A stretch of 61,568 nt of DNA from Gemmatimonadota bacterium (GTDB lineage: Bacteria; Gemmatimonadota; Gemmatimonadetes; Gemmatimonadales; GWC2-71-9): the NCBI GenBank assembly GCA_041498155.1, contig JBGQHV010000001.1, forward strand, positions 1-61,568, read 5' to 3'. Positions 29,117 through 37,410 of this stretch are shown piece after piece. Below the pieces are notes generated by a model. The model saw only the letters and a program-made list of their open reading frames with translations. It was not told the origin of the DNA and ran no database searches. The translations under genes were made by a program, and so were the position numbers. The first letter of the stretch is position 1. Each line of letters begins with the position of its first letter.

Positions 29117-30203
29117 CGGCAATGTCCGCTGATCCGTTGTCGTCGAAGTCGGCCACCACGAGCGCCGCCGGTTCCGGACCTACCGAGACGCTGGTGGGTT
29201 CCGCGAATGATCCGTCGCCCCGGCCGAGCAGCAGCGACACGGTGTGGTGCTCGAGGTTGGATGCGACCGCGTCCAGCGTGCCGTCCCCGTTCACATCCCC
29301 TAGAGCCACGGCGACCGGGGATGGCAACTCGACCAGCACCGGATCGGCGAAGCCCGTATCCGTGCTGAGCCGGATGACGAGTCGATTGGTGAAGGCGAAG
29401 CACGCGACGACGAGGTCGTCCCGGCCGTCGCCGTTCAGGTCGCCTACGGCCAGCGCTGTGGTGCCGTCGGTGGTGCGGGGGTCGGGGGACAGCGTCGGGA
29501 GCACGAGTGGCGCGGCGAACTCGCCGGTTCCCTGACCGCGAAATACCAGCACCGACGCGCGGTTGTCGCCGACCGCCACCGCGACGTCAGTCTTCCCATC
29601 GGCGTCGAAGTCGCCCGCGGCGAGCCCCATCGAGGTGAAGTACGGCGTGCCCAACTCCCATACCGGTTGCAGCGCGCCGCTCGCCGAGCCGAGGTACGCG
29701 GTGACGTACACGGGATTTCCCGAGCCGTCGTGCACGGCCACGACATCGTCGAAGGCGTCACCATTGAGATCGGCGACGACGATGAAGTTGCCATGATTGC
29801 GCAGCGGGTACTTCACCCCATCCGCCAACCGGCCGCCACCCAGGCCAAGCCGCAGGATGAACACGTTATCGTGCCCGATCACGAGGAGGTCGGGGATGCC
29901 GTCCCCGTTCACGTCCCCCACGGTCGCACGGCGCGCGTCGTCGCCCGCCGGGAAGGCGAGTGCGGAAGCGAACGTGCCCGCCGTACGGCCCGGCAAGACG
30001 CGGATCGTGAGGTCGCCGCGGGCGACGGTGACGAGATCGCGCCGCGCATCGCCCACCAGGTCCAGCGCGGCGAGGCTGGAGAGCATCGTGCCGCCGACCG
30101 GGTAGACGACCGGCTTGCCCGGCTCGACCTGCGGAGCGGGAGCCAGCGGTTCACTGAGACAGCCGACCAACCCGAGCATCGCGACCGCCCAGGGTCGCTT
30201 CAT
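29052..30203 (-). CDS. FG-GAP/VCBS repeat lipoprotein (integrin-alpha-like beta-propeller)
   Basis: ATG 30203 gives MKRPWAVAMLGLVGC (lipobox). It has 6-7 repeats with Ca-binding-like loops: DVNGDGIPDLLV, DLNGDAFDDVVAV, DFDADGKTDVAVAV, DLNGDGRDDLVVA, DVNGDGTLDAVAS, DFDDNGSADIAVT. Confidence 0.85.
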   Translation of the reverse strand: MKRPWAVAMLGLVGCLSEPLAPAPQVEPGKPVVYPVGGTMLSSLAALDLVGDARRDLVTVARGDLTIRVLPGRTAGTFASALAFPAGDDARRATVGDVNGDGIPDLLVIGHDNVFILRLGLGGGRLADGVKYPLRNHGNFIVVADLNGDAFDDVVAVHDGSGNPVYVTAYLGSASGALQPVWELGTPYFTSMGLAAGDFDADGKTDVAVAVGDNRASVLVFRGQGTGEFAAPLVLPTLSPDPRTTDGTTALAVGDLNGDGRDDLVVACFAFTNRLVIRLSTDTGFADPVLVELPSPVAVALGDVNGDGTLDAVASNLEHHTVSLLLGRGDGSFAEPTSVSVGPEPAALVVADFDDNGSADIAVTDIADHEIRVLLSPGPARAP

Positions 30204-30411
30204 CTGCCTCACGTCGTAGGCTCCGTTTCCAGGTGAGCCGCGGCTGTTGCGACGCGCAGGGGCGTCCTTGAACGATGGCTTCGAGTCGCGGTTCTTCTGC
30301 AGGGTACAATGGGAGCACAACCGAGGTTCCCGAGAATTCGCGCGGCGTGATAGATGCCGTGCGTCAGCGTGTCCTAAACTTGTCCGATTCCGCCCGCCTC
30401 GTCGTTGATGC

Positions 30412-31248
30412 TCAGCGAGTGGCGACCCCACCCCAGCACCGCGATGGCAGGGAGATACCGTCGGCGCGCGTGAAGGACGCGAGGCGACGATCGATTGCGT
30501 CGCGGACGGCGTCGCGCGCCGGGTCAGACAGCGAGCGGAGCACCGGACCGAGCGCCGTGACGTCCACGAGGAAGGCCCAGTAGGCATCCGCATCGACGAA
30601 TGTCCATGTCATGTCGACGCCCTCGACGCGCGTCGATGCGAAGCCCGCGCCGTCGAGCAGCAATTGCAGGCGTGACCGATCCGCAAGGGCGAGGATGCCC
30701 GGTTGCCACGCCGACGATGGCGGCGGGAGGTGGCCGGCGTCGACGAGGATCCGCGCGGGGATCGAGGCGAAGGGGTTCTCGTCGGGGCCCGTGAACACGG
30801 CGAAGACGAGTCGCCCGCCCGGCACGAGCACGCGACGGCACTCGCGCAACGCGGCCGCGGGGTCCGGCATGAGCATGAATCCCCAACGGCATAGCACACC
30901 GTCGAAGGAGACATCAGCGAGGTCCATCGCCTGGGCATCGAGCACCCGGTAGTCGGCGTTCCGGATTCCGAGCTCGGCGCCGCGCTTGCGCGCGGCCTCG
31001 ACCATGGCCGACGCAAGGTCGGTCGACACCAGGCGCCCCGGTCCCAGGCGGGTCGCCGCCAGGAAGCCCGTGTCGCCTGGGCCCGCGGCAATCTCCAGAA
31101 TGCGTTGCCCGTCCACCGGCTCGAGATGATCGACCAGCCATTCGTGGACAGGACGCGACGCCGCGAGGAGGGAGTCACGCTGCTCATACCAGCTCCGTGC
31201 CTGGCTATCCCAGTACTTCCGGATCCGGTCTGTAGCATCGTTGGTCAT
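30412..31248 (-). CDS. Class I SAM-dependent methyltransferase
   Basis: ATG 31248; 278 aa. Motif I is ILEIAAGPGDTG, with post-I STDLA and LVPGGRLVFAV. Confidence 0.85.
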   Translation of the reverse strand: MTNDATDRIRKYWDSQARSWYEQRDSLLAASRPVHEWLVDHLEPVDGQRILEIAAGPGDTGFLAATRLGPGRLVSTDLASAMVEAARKRGAELGIRNADYRVLDAQAMDLADVSFDGVLCRWGFMLMPDPAAALRECRRVLVPGGRLVFAVFTGPDENPFASIPARILVDAGHLPPPSSAWQPGILALADRSRLQLLLDGAGFASTRVEGVDMTWTFVDADAYWAFLVDVTALGPVLRSLSDPARDAVRDAIDRRLASFTRADGISLPSRCWGGVATR

Positions 31249-31282
31249 CGGAAAGGAAGACCTTGACTTGAAAGGAGGTGCA

Positions 31283-31318
31283 TGACCGGGCCGGGGATCG
31301 AACCCGCAGCCTGCGGAT
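31283..31318 (-). repeat. Partial copy of the 3' end of tRNA-Lys (att-like direct repeat)
   Basis: TGACCGGGCCGGGGATCGAACCCGCAGCCTGCGGAT matches 32031-32066 at 34 of 36 positions, in the same orientation. No D-arm or 5' acceptor follows, so it is not a complete tRNA. Confidence 0.7.
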
Positions 31319-31334
31319 CGTCGGCCGGGGCGTC

Positions 31335-31901
31335 CTATGGTAGACGGCCGGTGGCGACGTCGGCGATGTGCTTGGCCTGCTCCATGGACACCTGGTCCTG
31401 TGGATTGGTACTCGCAACCGTCACCGAGACGAAGTAGTTGCCCCTCAAGGCGCCGCACGAGGCGGAGGGGGAGAACGCAGACTTCTTTCCCGCGGGAGCG
31501 ACTCCGGTCCAGCACTTTGTAGCGCCGAAATCGTGCGTCTGAATGGTCCACCCCTGATGCCGCAGCTGGTCGGTCGCGGCCGTCGTCTGCGCCTCGCCCC
31601 GCTGTCGCCCCGCGGCCGTGACAGGCTGGGTGGAGGAGACGACCATCACCGATCGCACTCCCACCTTGTAGGTGCAGAGAAACAGGACGCCGTCATGGTC
31701 GTTGTGCGCGTCCTTCTTGTAGGGAATCTCCTGTGGCTGGGTCGCGGTCACCTTCCCGCCCAGGACGCTCTCGAGCTCGGCGGACGTCACCAGCGCGCAG
31801 GCCCGCTGCGCTTGGAGTGAGGCCACCGGGCCCAGCAGCGTCAGTGCGCCGGTGAGCAACAACGACATGAGTGATGTCTGTGACGAGCGCTTCTCCACCA
31901 T
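31335..31901 (-). CDS. Hypothetical secreted protein
   Basis: ATG 31901 is preceded by GGGGGAGG. It has a signal peptide (MVEKRSSQTSLMSLLLTGALTLLGPVASLQA) and several Cys. No family was recognised. It is the only gene between the tRNA-Lys 3' end and its partial repeat. Confidence 0.6.
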   Translation of the reverse strand: MVEKRSSQTSLMSLLLTGALTLLGPVASLQAQRACALVTSAELESVLGGKVTATQPQEIPYKKDAHNDHDGVLFLCTYKVGVRSVMVVSSTQPVTAAGRQRGEAQTTAATDQLRHQGWTIQTHDFGATKCWTGVAPAGKKSAFSPSASCGALRGNYFVSVTVASTNPQDQVSMEQAKHIADVATGRLP

Positions 31902-32030
31902 GGACCTGCCTCCCCCGGTATTGATTCGCGTGCGATGCTGCAGCCGAGCGAAACACAAGTCTAGTACTCTCCTCGCGTGCAGGAGCCTGACCGATGACTG
32001 TGCGCGCGCGTAACTCGTTGTGGGTGTTAG

Positions 32031-32103
32031 TGACCGGGCCGGGGATCGAACCCGGGGCCTGCGGATTAAAAGTCCGCTGCTCTACCAACTGAGCTACCCG
32101 GTC
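32031..32103 (-). tRNA. tRNA-Lys (anticodon TTT)
   Basis: 73-nt cloverleaf read by hand: acceptor GACCGGG/CCCGGTC, D-arm GCTC-AGTTGGTA-GAGC, anticodon stem GCGGA/TCCGC with loop CTTTTAA, and T-arm CCGGG-TTCGATC-CCCGG. Confidence 0.9.
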
Positions 32104-32167
32104 GGGTTGCGAATACTAGCCTCCCGAGGCATCGCCACCAATGGTAGCGCCCCGCGGCATGCCGTTG

Positions 32168-32577
32168 TTACGCCGCTCCCGATTCAGGCGATGGCCCGTT
32201 GAGCACGAGCACGATCTTGCCGGTTACGCCTCCCTTCCCGAGCAGCTCCTGCGGAACCAGTTCACGTTGCGGCAGGCAGACGAACTCCGCGTAAGCACCG
32301 TGAATCGGCAGCGCGGCAACTATCTGGCCTGTTTCGATTCCAGCGATACCATCGCCGAGCCGATCCACCACGCCAACCAGATCCCACCCCGGCGGAAGGG
32401 CACCGGCGGTGTTTCAGGATGAACGCCCTCGCGCGCCATTACGTCAGGCAAGGAGACGCCTGCGGCCAGCACTCTCACCCGTACTTCACCATCCTGTGGC
32501 TCGGGGCGCTCTTCTTCGACGACCCGAAGGGCATCGGGTCCGCCGTAGTGAGTGACGATGACGCGCGTGTGTCTCAT
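32168..32577 (-). pseudogene. Decayed zinc-type/MDR quinone oxidoreductase (frameshift plus internal deletion)
   Basis: Two ORFs in different frames. The first gives MRHTRVIVTHYGGPDALRVVEEERPEPQDGEVRVRVLAAGVSLPDVMAREGVHPETPPVPF. The second gives VDRLGDGIAGIETGQIVAALPIHGAYAEFVCLPQRELVP and joins directly to a C-terminal GKIVLV-type end. The ~200-aa Rossmann domain is missing. Confidence 0.7.
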
Positions 32578-32861
32578 GGACCGTGAAGATGCAGTCGCAT
32601 CGCTTCGCTTCGCCAGGCCAGGTGGTGGGCACGGAGGGCCCTCCGTCTTCATGTTTGGCGGATACTGTTGCGTCGTTGAACGGGTTTCCCCAAATTCGGC
32701 TCGAGGAGGTGACGCTCAACGCCGGACGAGGACTCCACTGCCTTCCCCACCGCGTGCGCGGCCAGCCGCCGCGTCGCACCCACTCCCGCAGCGTACGCCC
32801 GGCTGTTCAAGCCACGGCGCTTCCCGAGCATCCCCGTCCCACCGAACGAAGGAGATCACTG

Positions 32862-33515
32862 ATGGCCATTCGCCTTGGTGACATAGCGCCCGATTTCGTG
32901 GCCGAGAGCACCGAGGGTTCGATTCGATTCCACGAGTGGATCGGCGACCAGTGGGCGATCCTGTTCTCGCACCCCAAGGACTTCACCCCGGTGTGCACGA
33001 CGGAGCTCGGCTACATCGCCAGCTTGATGCACGCGTTCGACAAGCGCAACACGAAAGTCATCGGCCTCAGTGCCGACACCGTGATCGAGCATCAACGGTG
33101 GGTCACCGACATCGAGGAGACACAGGGCCACGCGGTCACCTACCCGCTGATCGGCGACGCCGATTTGAGGGTCGCCAAGCTCTACGACATGATCCACCCG
33201 AAGGCCAACGGCGACAAGCGCACCGAGGCGGACAATGCCACCGTGCGGTCCGTCTTCCTGATCGGGCCGGACAAGAAGGTAAAGGCGATGCTGGTCTATC
33301 CCCCGAGCACCGGGCGCAACTTCGACGAGGTACTGCGACTGCTCGACTCGCTGCAGCTCACCGCGACCCACGCGGTGGCGACGCCCGTGAATTGGAAACC
33401 AGGCGAAGACGTGATCATCTCCACGGCCCTCTCGGACGAGGAGGCCAAGAGGGAGTACCCACAGGGATTCAAGACGTCCAAGCCATATCTGCGGACTGTT
33501 CAGCAACCGCGATAA
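32862..33515 (+). CDS. 1-Cys peroxiredoxin (Prx6 type)
   Basis: ATG 32862 is preceded by AAGGAG. 217 aa with WAILFSHPKDFTPVCTTEL, no resolving Cys, and a C-terminal domain typical of the Prx6 subgroup. Confidence 0.92.
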   Translation: MAIRLGDIAPDFVAESTEGSIRFHEWIGDQWAILFSHPKDFTPVCTTELGYIASLMHAFDKRNTKVIGLSADTVIEHQRWVTDIEETQGHAVTYPLIGDADLRVAKLYDMIHPKANGDKRTEADNATVRSVFLIGPDKKVKAMLVYPPSTGRNFDEVLRLLDSLQLTATHAVATPVNWKPGEDVIISTALSDEEAKREYPQGFKTSKPYLRTVQQPR

Positions 33516-33519
33516 GGGT

Positions 33520-34566
33520 ATGCCCTCCGCCGACCAGCAGCGGGCGTCCGCCATCATCGCCTTTCGCGAGGAGCTCGCCCGGCTCGAAGCCGCCGGGGTG
33601 GTGGCGCTCGACCCGGCGACGCAAGGCCGGATCCGCGCGCACCACGACGCCGCACTCGCGAGTCTGGCGGCGGCCGGCGACGTCGACCTCAGCGCGTCCG
33701 CGGCTCGCCTTTCGGCCGGCATGCGGGTGACGACCCTGCTGGGAACGATCGCGCTCTCCGCGGCCTATGGGCTCTTCGTGAGCTCGCATTGGGGCGCGTT
33801 GGCCCTGGTCCCGCAGCTTGCGCTCGTCACCCTCCCGCCCCTGCTGCTCGTCGCCCTGACCCATGTCGCCGCGGCACGGGAACGATCCGGCTACGTCGCT
33901 TCCCTGCTCGCGACGGTGGCGGCGATCGCCTTCGCGATCAACCTGGGCGCCCTGGGCCAGCTCTTCAATCTCCCCGACTCCCGCAACGCGTTGCTCGCCG
34001 TGGGCGCCTTTGCCATGCTGCTCGCCTATGGCTACGGCCTCACGCTGCCGCTCATCGTGGGCATCGGCGCCATCGGCGGATGGCTCTGGACCCTCGGAGC
34101 CATCCCGCTCCATCTCTGGTGGCGGGACGGATTCGGCATCATCGAACCGCTGCTCCTGGTGGGCCTCACGGCGCTGACGGCGCCCGCCTGGATTCCTGGC
34201 CCGGCGAAGTTCGCGGGCTGGTATCGCGCGCTGGGCGCAACGGCACTCGTCCTGGGCCTGCTGGCGGTGGAGAGCTTCGGCCGGCTCAGCGCATTCACAA
34301 CGGCGGACCTCCATGCGATCGAGATCGGCTACAAGCTGGTGGGCGCCGTTGTGCTCACGGGCCTCGTCGCATGGGGAATTCGGCGGGATCAACGGCTGGT
34401 CACGCAGATCGGTTCGGCGGGAGCGGTGATCTATCTGTTCATGCGACTGGTGGACTGGTTTTGGGATCTCGTGCCGAAATGGCTCTTCTTCCTGCTCGTC
34501 GGCGCCTTCGCCCTGACCGTGCTCCTGGCCCTGCGGCGGCTGCGCCGCGTGCAGGTGGCGGCGTGA
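33520..34566 (+). CDS. Polytopic membrane protein (DUF2157-like architecture)
   Basis: 348 aa with a ~65-aa soluble N-terminal helix region followed by 8 or more TM helices. The family call is from architecture only. Confidence 0.65.
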   Translation: MPSADQQRASAIIAFREELARLEAAGVVALDPATQGRIRAHHDAALASLAAAGDVDLSASAARLSAGMRVTTLLGTIALSAAYGLFVSSHWGALALVPQLALVTLPPLLLVALTHVAAARERSGYVASLLATVAAIAFAINLGALGQLFNLPDSRNALLAVGAFAMLLAYGYGLTLPLIVGIGAIGGWLWTLGAIPLHLWWRDGFGIIEPLLLVGLTALTAPAWIPGPAKFAGWYRALGATALVLGLLAVESFGRLSAFTTADLHAIEIGYKLVGAVVLTGLVAWGIRRDQRLVTQIGSAGAVIYLFMRLVDWFWDLVPKWLFFLLVGAFALTVLLALRRLRRVQVAA

Positions 34567-35249
34567 TGAAGTGGGCCATCGCCGCCATGGCACTGGTTGT
34601 CGCGGCGAACGGCGTCGCGCTGGTGTCGGTGGGGCGGGAACGGGCGGCCCCGGCCACCCTCGCCACCATCGACGTCTGCAATGGACACCTCATCGGTGGA
34701 GGAGCCTCCGACCAGGCCCCCGCGCTCCGGCTAGTCCTCGCGCCGGAGTCGCTCTCCACCCCGGCGGGACTCGACGCGCCCGGTCTTCGGTCCCTGGGGT
34801 TCGCGGAGGCGGTAATCGCCGCCATCGGCCGGGCGCACGATTCGACCTTTCGCTGGCCCCGGCCACGGCCGGCCTGGGTGCGGTTGCGCCAGCAAAGTGA
34901 TTCGCTCGAACAACTGGCGGTCATCGCGGTCGCGCCCCGGCGTGAGCTCCTGGTGCGAGACTCGGCGTCGATCGTGGTGCGCGGCCTCGTCGGGATTCGG
35001 TTGCGTTGGAGTGGGCCGCCACCCGCCGCGGCCGGCGACCACGACCACGCCGCCATGAGCCGCGGAGGCGCGCCCGGCCTCACCTACCCGACCGTGCTCG
35101 AGCTGATTCCCTCTCAGCTGCACCTCGATCGACTGCAGATTGCGGCGTTGCGCAGCGCGCTAACGGGCACGGACGGGTGCGCGGTGAAGCGTCAGGCTGT
35201 GATCGCCAACGGCGCGCACGGAGGGATCTGGGTCGAAGCCGTTCGCTGA
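34566..35249 (+). CDS. Hypothetical membrane-anchored protein
   Basis: The ATG overlaps the previous stop by 1 nt (TGATG). It has an N-terminal anchor (MKWAIAAMALVVAANGVALV). 227 aa; no family was recognised. Confidence 0.6.
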   Translation: MKWAIAAMALVVAANGVALVSVGRERAAPATLATIDVCNGHLIGGGASDQAPALRLVLAPESLSTPAGLDAPGLRSLGFAEAVIAAIGRAHDSTFRWPRPRPAWVRLRQQSDSLEQLAVIAVAPRRELLVRDSASIVVRGLVGIRLRWSGPPPAAAGDHDHAAMSRGGAPGLTYPTVLELIPSQLHLDRLQIAALRSALTGTDGCAVKRQAVIANGAHGGIWVEAVR

Positions 35250-35422
35250 TCGCACCGCTGCCGAGAAGGTTCCATTAGCGGCGTAGCCAGGTGCCGCAGC
35301 AACACGTATGGCTCGAGTGGGCTCGAGCCGAGGCACCACCACGCACCCAGGAATCGCAGCAGCAGCAGATAACGGTACTCGGACATGTCGACCAGCGTCA
35401 TGGCCCGGCCTCTCTCGCTCAT
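35192..35422 (-). CDS. Candidate small protein (76 aa) downstream of an ECF-type promoter
   Basis: ATG 35422 lies 27 nt downstream of the minus-strand GGAAT-N18-GTCT motif. It has a hydrophobic stretch (YRYLLLLRFLGAWWCLG), no SD, and overlaps the 3' end of the convergent gene by 58 nt. It could equally be a non-coding transcript. Confidence 0.25.
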   Translation of the reverse strand: MSERGRAMTLVDMSEYRYLLLLRFLGAWWCLGSSPLEPYVLLRHLATPLMEPSRQRCDQRTASTQIPPCAPLAITA

Positions 35423-35449
35423 GAATGATTTATCATCGCAACGAAAGAG

Positions 35450-35506
35450 AGACCCCGGTCGCTGGCGAAGTATTCCCGTGGAATATCGGAGCGCGTCGGA
35501 CGGTCT
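35450..35506. promoter_or_regulatory. Back-to-back ECF-type promoter pair (site 1)
   Basis: On the plus strand: GGAAT 35480-35484, 18-nt spacer, GTCT 35503-35506. On the minus strand: GGAAT 35476-35472, 18-nt spacer, GTCT 35453-35450. The -35 elements form the inverted repeat TATTCC-CGT-GGAATA. Confidence 0.5.
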
Positions 35507-35554
35507 AGGGCGTCGGAAGACTGCAATCCCGAACCCTCTTGAAGGACGACTCCG

Positions 35555-36025
35555 ATGCCTCATCTCCTCGCTCTCTGGGCAGACATCTACCACCACACTC
35601 TGTGGTTGAGCGCGACGCTCCTCTACCTCCATTTGGTCGGCATCCTGTTGGGAGGCGGCTTCGCTGTCGCCACGGACCGCGCCTCACTGCGGCTCTCACC
35701 GGCGACGCTCGACTGGCCAGAGGAGCTCACCCGCCTCGCCAGCGTCCACCGCTGGGTGATGACAGGACTCGCCCTCATCTTCGCGAGCGGGTTTCTCATG
35801 ATGTTGACCGAGTTCGCGACGTTTGCCACGTCGGCCGTGTTCTGGGCCAAGATGGGCCTCATCGCCCTCCTGCTCGGCAACGGCTTCGTCCGGATGCGCG
35901 CAGAGACCTCACTGCGCCAGGGGCACGCGAGCGGGTGGCGTCGCTTTCGACGTACATCTATGGCGAGCTTCGCGTTGTGGCTTCTGATCCTGCTGGCTGG
36001 TGCGCTGCTCCACGCGACGACCTGA
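35555..36025 (+). CDS. 4-TM membrane protein (weak CopD/DUF2214-like look)
   Basis: 156 aa with a His-containing first helix (IYHHTLWLSATLLYLHLVGILLGGG). The ATG is 49 nt downstream of the plus-strand GTCT of site 1. Confidence 0.6.
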   Translation: MPHLLALWADIYHHTLWLSATLLYLHLVGILLGGGFAVATDRASLRLSPATLDWPEELTRLASVHRWVMTGLALIFASGFLMMLTEFATFATSAVFWAKMGLIALLLGNGFVRMRAETSLRQGHASGWRRFRRTSMASFALWLLILLAGALLHATT

Positions 36026-36062
36026 CGGCGAGGACGCCGTGCCGCCGCTCGCGTGGACCGAC

Positions 36063-36845
36063 TCAGCGAGGTGAGGTAACGCCCGCGGCCGAGTCTCCCT
36101 GCTCCACCATGTGCGCGAAATCGTGGAGCTCCGCCAGGCCCAGGTCCGAGACGACCCAGTACGTGTAGTCGGGCGTGGTCCAGTGCAGCAGGTGATAGCC
36201 CTGGCGGTCGCGGAACCTGGGCGCGTTGCGCGGGCCGCGCGTCGCCGGCCACAGGAAGACGTTGATCAAATGCTGACGCCGGCCGTACGCGAGCGCCGCA
36301 ACCGTCCTCCCATCCACGTAGTCGAGTCGGCCTCCGAGCAGGGGGTACCCCAGCCCGGCGAAGTCGTACACCGGGGGAGAGAAGTCGAGCCTGCCGTTGA
36401 ACCAGGGCTTCACTGTGTGCTGATCCGAAGAGAGCACGTCCGTGAGGTGGCCGGGCATGAGGGAGCGGACGTGGCTCGCGAAGATGTCGTCGGCTAGCGC
36501 CTCACCGGCCGCGTACCGGAGCGAGAGGTTCCAGCTACCGATCGCGACGACGGCGAGTGACGCGGCGAGCGCGAGCGGGCGCCACATGCTTCGGAGGCTG
36601 AGGCGGTACGGGGCGCGTGCCGGCGCCGCCGTCTTGAGCGCCGCCCGCACGCGCTGGCGCAGGAGGTCCGGTGCCTGGAACGCGGGGACGCCCGCGGCGA
36701 TCGCCGCGCGCAGCTCGAGCCGGCCGTCGCGGAACCGCGCGCACTCGGCGCATTGGGCAAGATGCGCCTCGAGCTCGCGCGCGTCGACGGCGGCCAGCTC
36801 GCCGTCGAGGTACGGGTCCAGCGTTTCGAAGCCCGGATGAGTCAT
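36063..36845 (-). CDS. Anti-sigma factor (zf-HC2 type, single TM, periplasmic domain)
   Basis: H-x3-C-x2-C motif (EAHLAQCAECARF) and TM helix WRPLALAASLAVVAIGSW. It starts 1 nt after the sigma gene stop. Confidence 0.8.
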   Translation of the reverse strand: MTHPGFETLDPYLDGELAAVDARELEAHLAQCAECARFRDGRLELRAAIAAGVPAFQAPDLLRQRVRAALKTAAPARAPYRLSLRSMWRPLALAASLAVVAIGSWNLSLRYAAGEALADDIFASHVRSLMPGHLTDVLSSDQHTVKPWFNGRLDFSPPVYDFAGLGYPLLGGRLDYVDGRTVAALAYGRRQHLINVFLWPATRGPRNAPRFRDRQGYHLLHWTTPDYTYWVVSDLGLAELHDFAHMVEQGDSAAGVTSPR

Positions 36846-36846
36846 C

Positions 36847-37374
36847 TCAACTCCTCTCCTCGGTACGCAGCGCCTCCTGGAGGCGCGTGCGGGCGCGGGA
36901 CAGACGGGACATCACGGTGCCGACCGGCACGCCCGCGACCTCGCTGATCTCCTTGTACGACAACCCTTCGAGCTCGCGCAGCACGATCACCTCCCGGAAT
37001 TCCGGCGCCAGGCGGTCGAGCGCGCGGCCAAGGGTTTCCTTCGCGTCCTCCTGGAGCAGCATTCCCTCCGGGTGTTCATCCGCCGCGGCGCCACTGTGCT
37101 GCGTCTCGTCGAACTCCGTGGTAACCGCGTCGACGCGACCGCGCCCTCTTCTGGAGTAGGCGGTGTTACGCACGATCGCGAGCAGCCAGGCGCGCGCGCT
37201 CGTCCCGCCCTCCCCCCGGAAGCCGCCGAAGTACTTGAGCGCCCGTAGGCAGGCGTCCTGCACAACGTCTTCGGCATCGTGCGCATTCCTCGTCAGATAG
37301 CGCGCCAGCGTATACGCGGCATCCAGGTGCGGCAACACGACGGTTTCGAACCGCGCCTGCTCGCTTGATTCCAA
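36847..37374 (-). CDS. ECF (group 4) RNA polymerase sigma factor
   Basis: Region 2 is DAEDVVQDACLRALKYF and region 4 is LSYKEISEVAGVPVGTVMSRLSRAR. There is no in-frame ATG upstream of region 2. TTG 37374 (GAGGG 4 nt upstream) is proposed, so the start is uncertain. Confidence 0.85.
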   Translation of the reverse strand: MESSEQARFETVVLPHLDAAYTLARYLTRNAHDAEDVVQDACLRALKYFGGFRGEGGTSARAWLLAIVRNTAYSRRGRGRVDAVTTEFDETQHSGAAADEHPEGMLLQEDAKETLGRALDRLAPEFREVIVLRELEGLSYKEISEVAGVPVGTVMSRLSRARTRLQEALRTEERS

Positions 37375-37410
37375 CCGGCCCTCACGATGCCTAGTCGGCC
37401 CTTCAGGAGA

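Noticed and set aside
31271-31449. Perfect-looking SD (AAAGGAGGTG) followed by ATG 31282 and a 55-codon plus-strand ORF running through the tRNA-Lys fragment.
   Set aside because: The SD-to-ATG spacing is only ~3 nt, and the ORF is antisense to the 3' end of the secreted-protein gene. Its first codons are just the tRNA-derived repeat, so it is most likely fortuitous.
35423-35632. Full 146-aa minus-strand ORF 35192-35632.
   Set aside because: The upstream 70 codons overlap the start of the plus-strand membrane protein gene and lie upstream of the predicted minus-strand promoter. Only the distal 76 codons are retained, as a low-confidence candidate.
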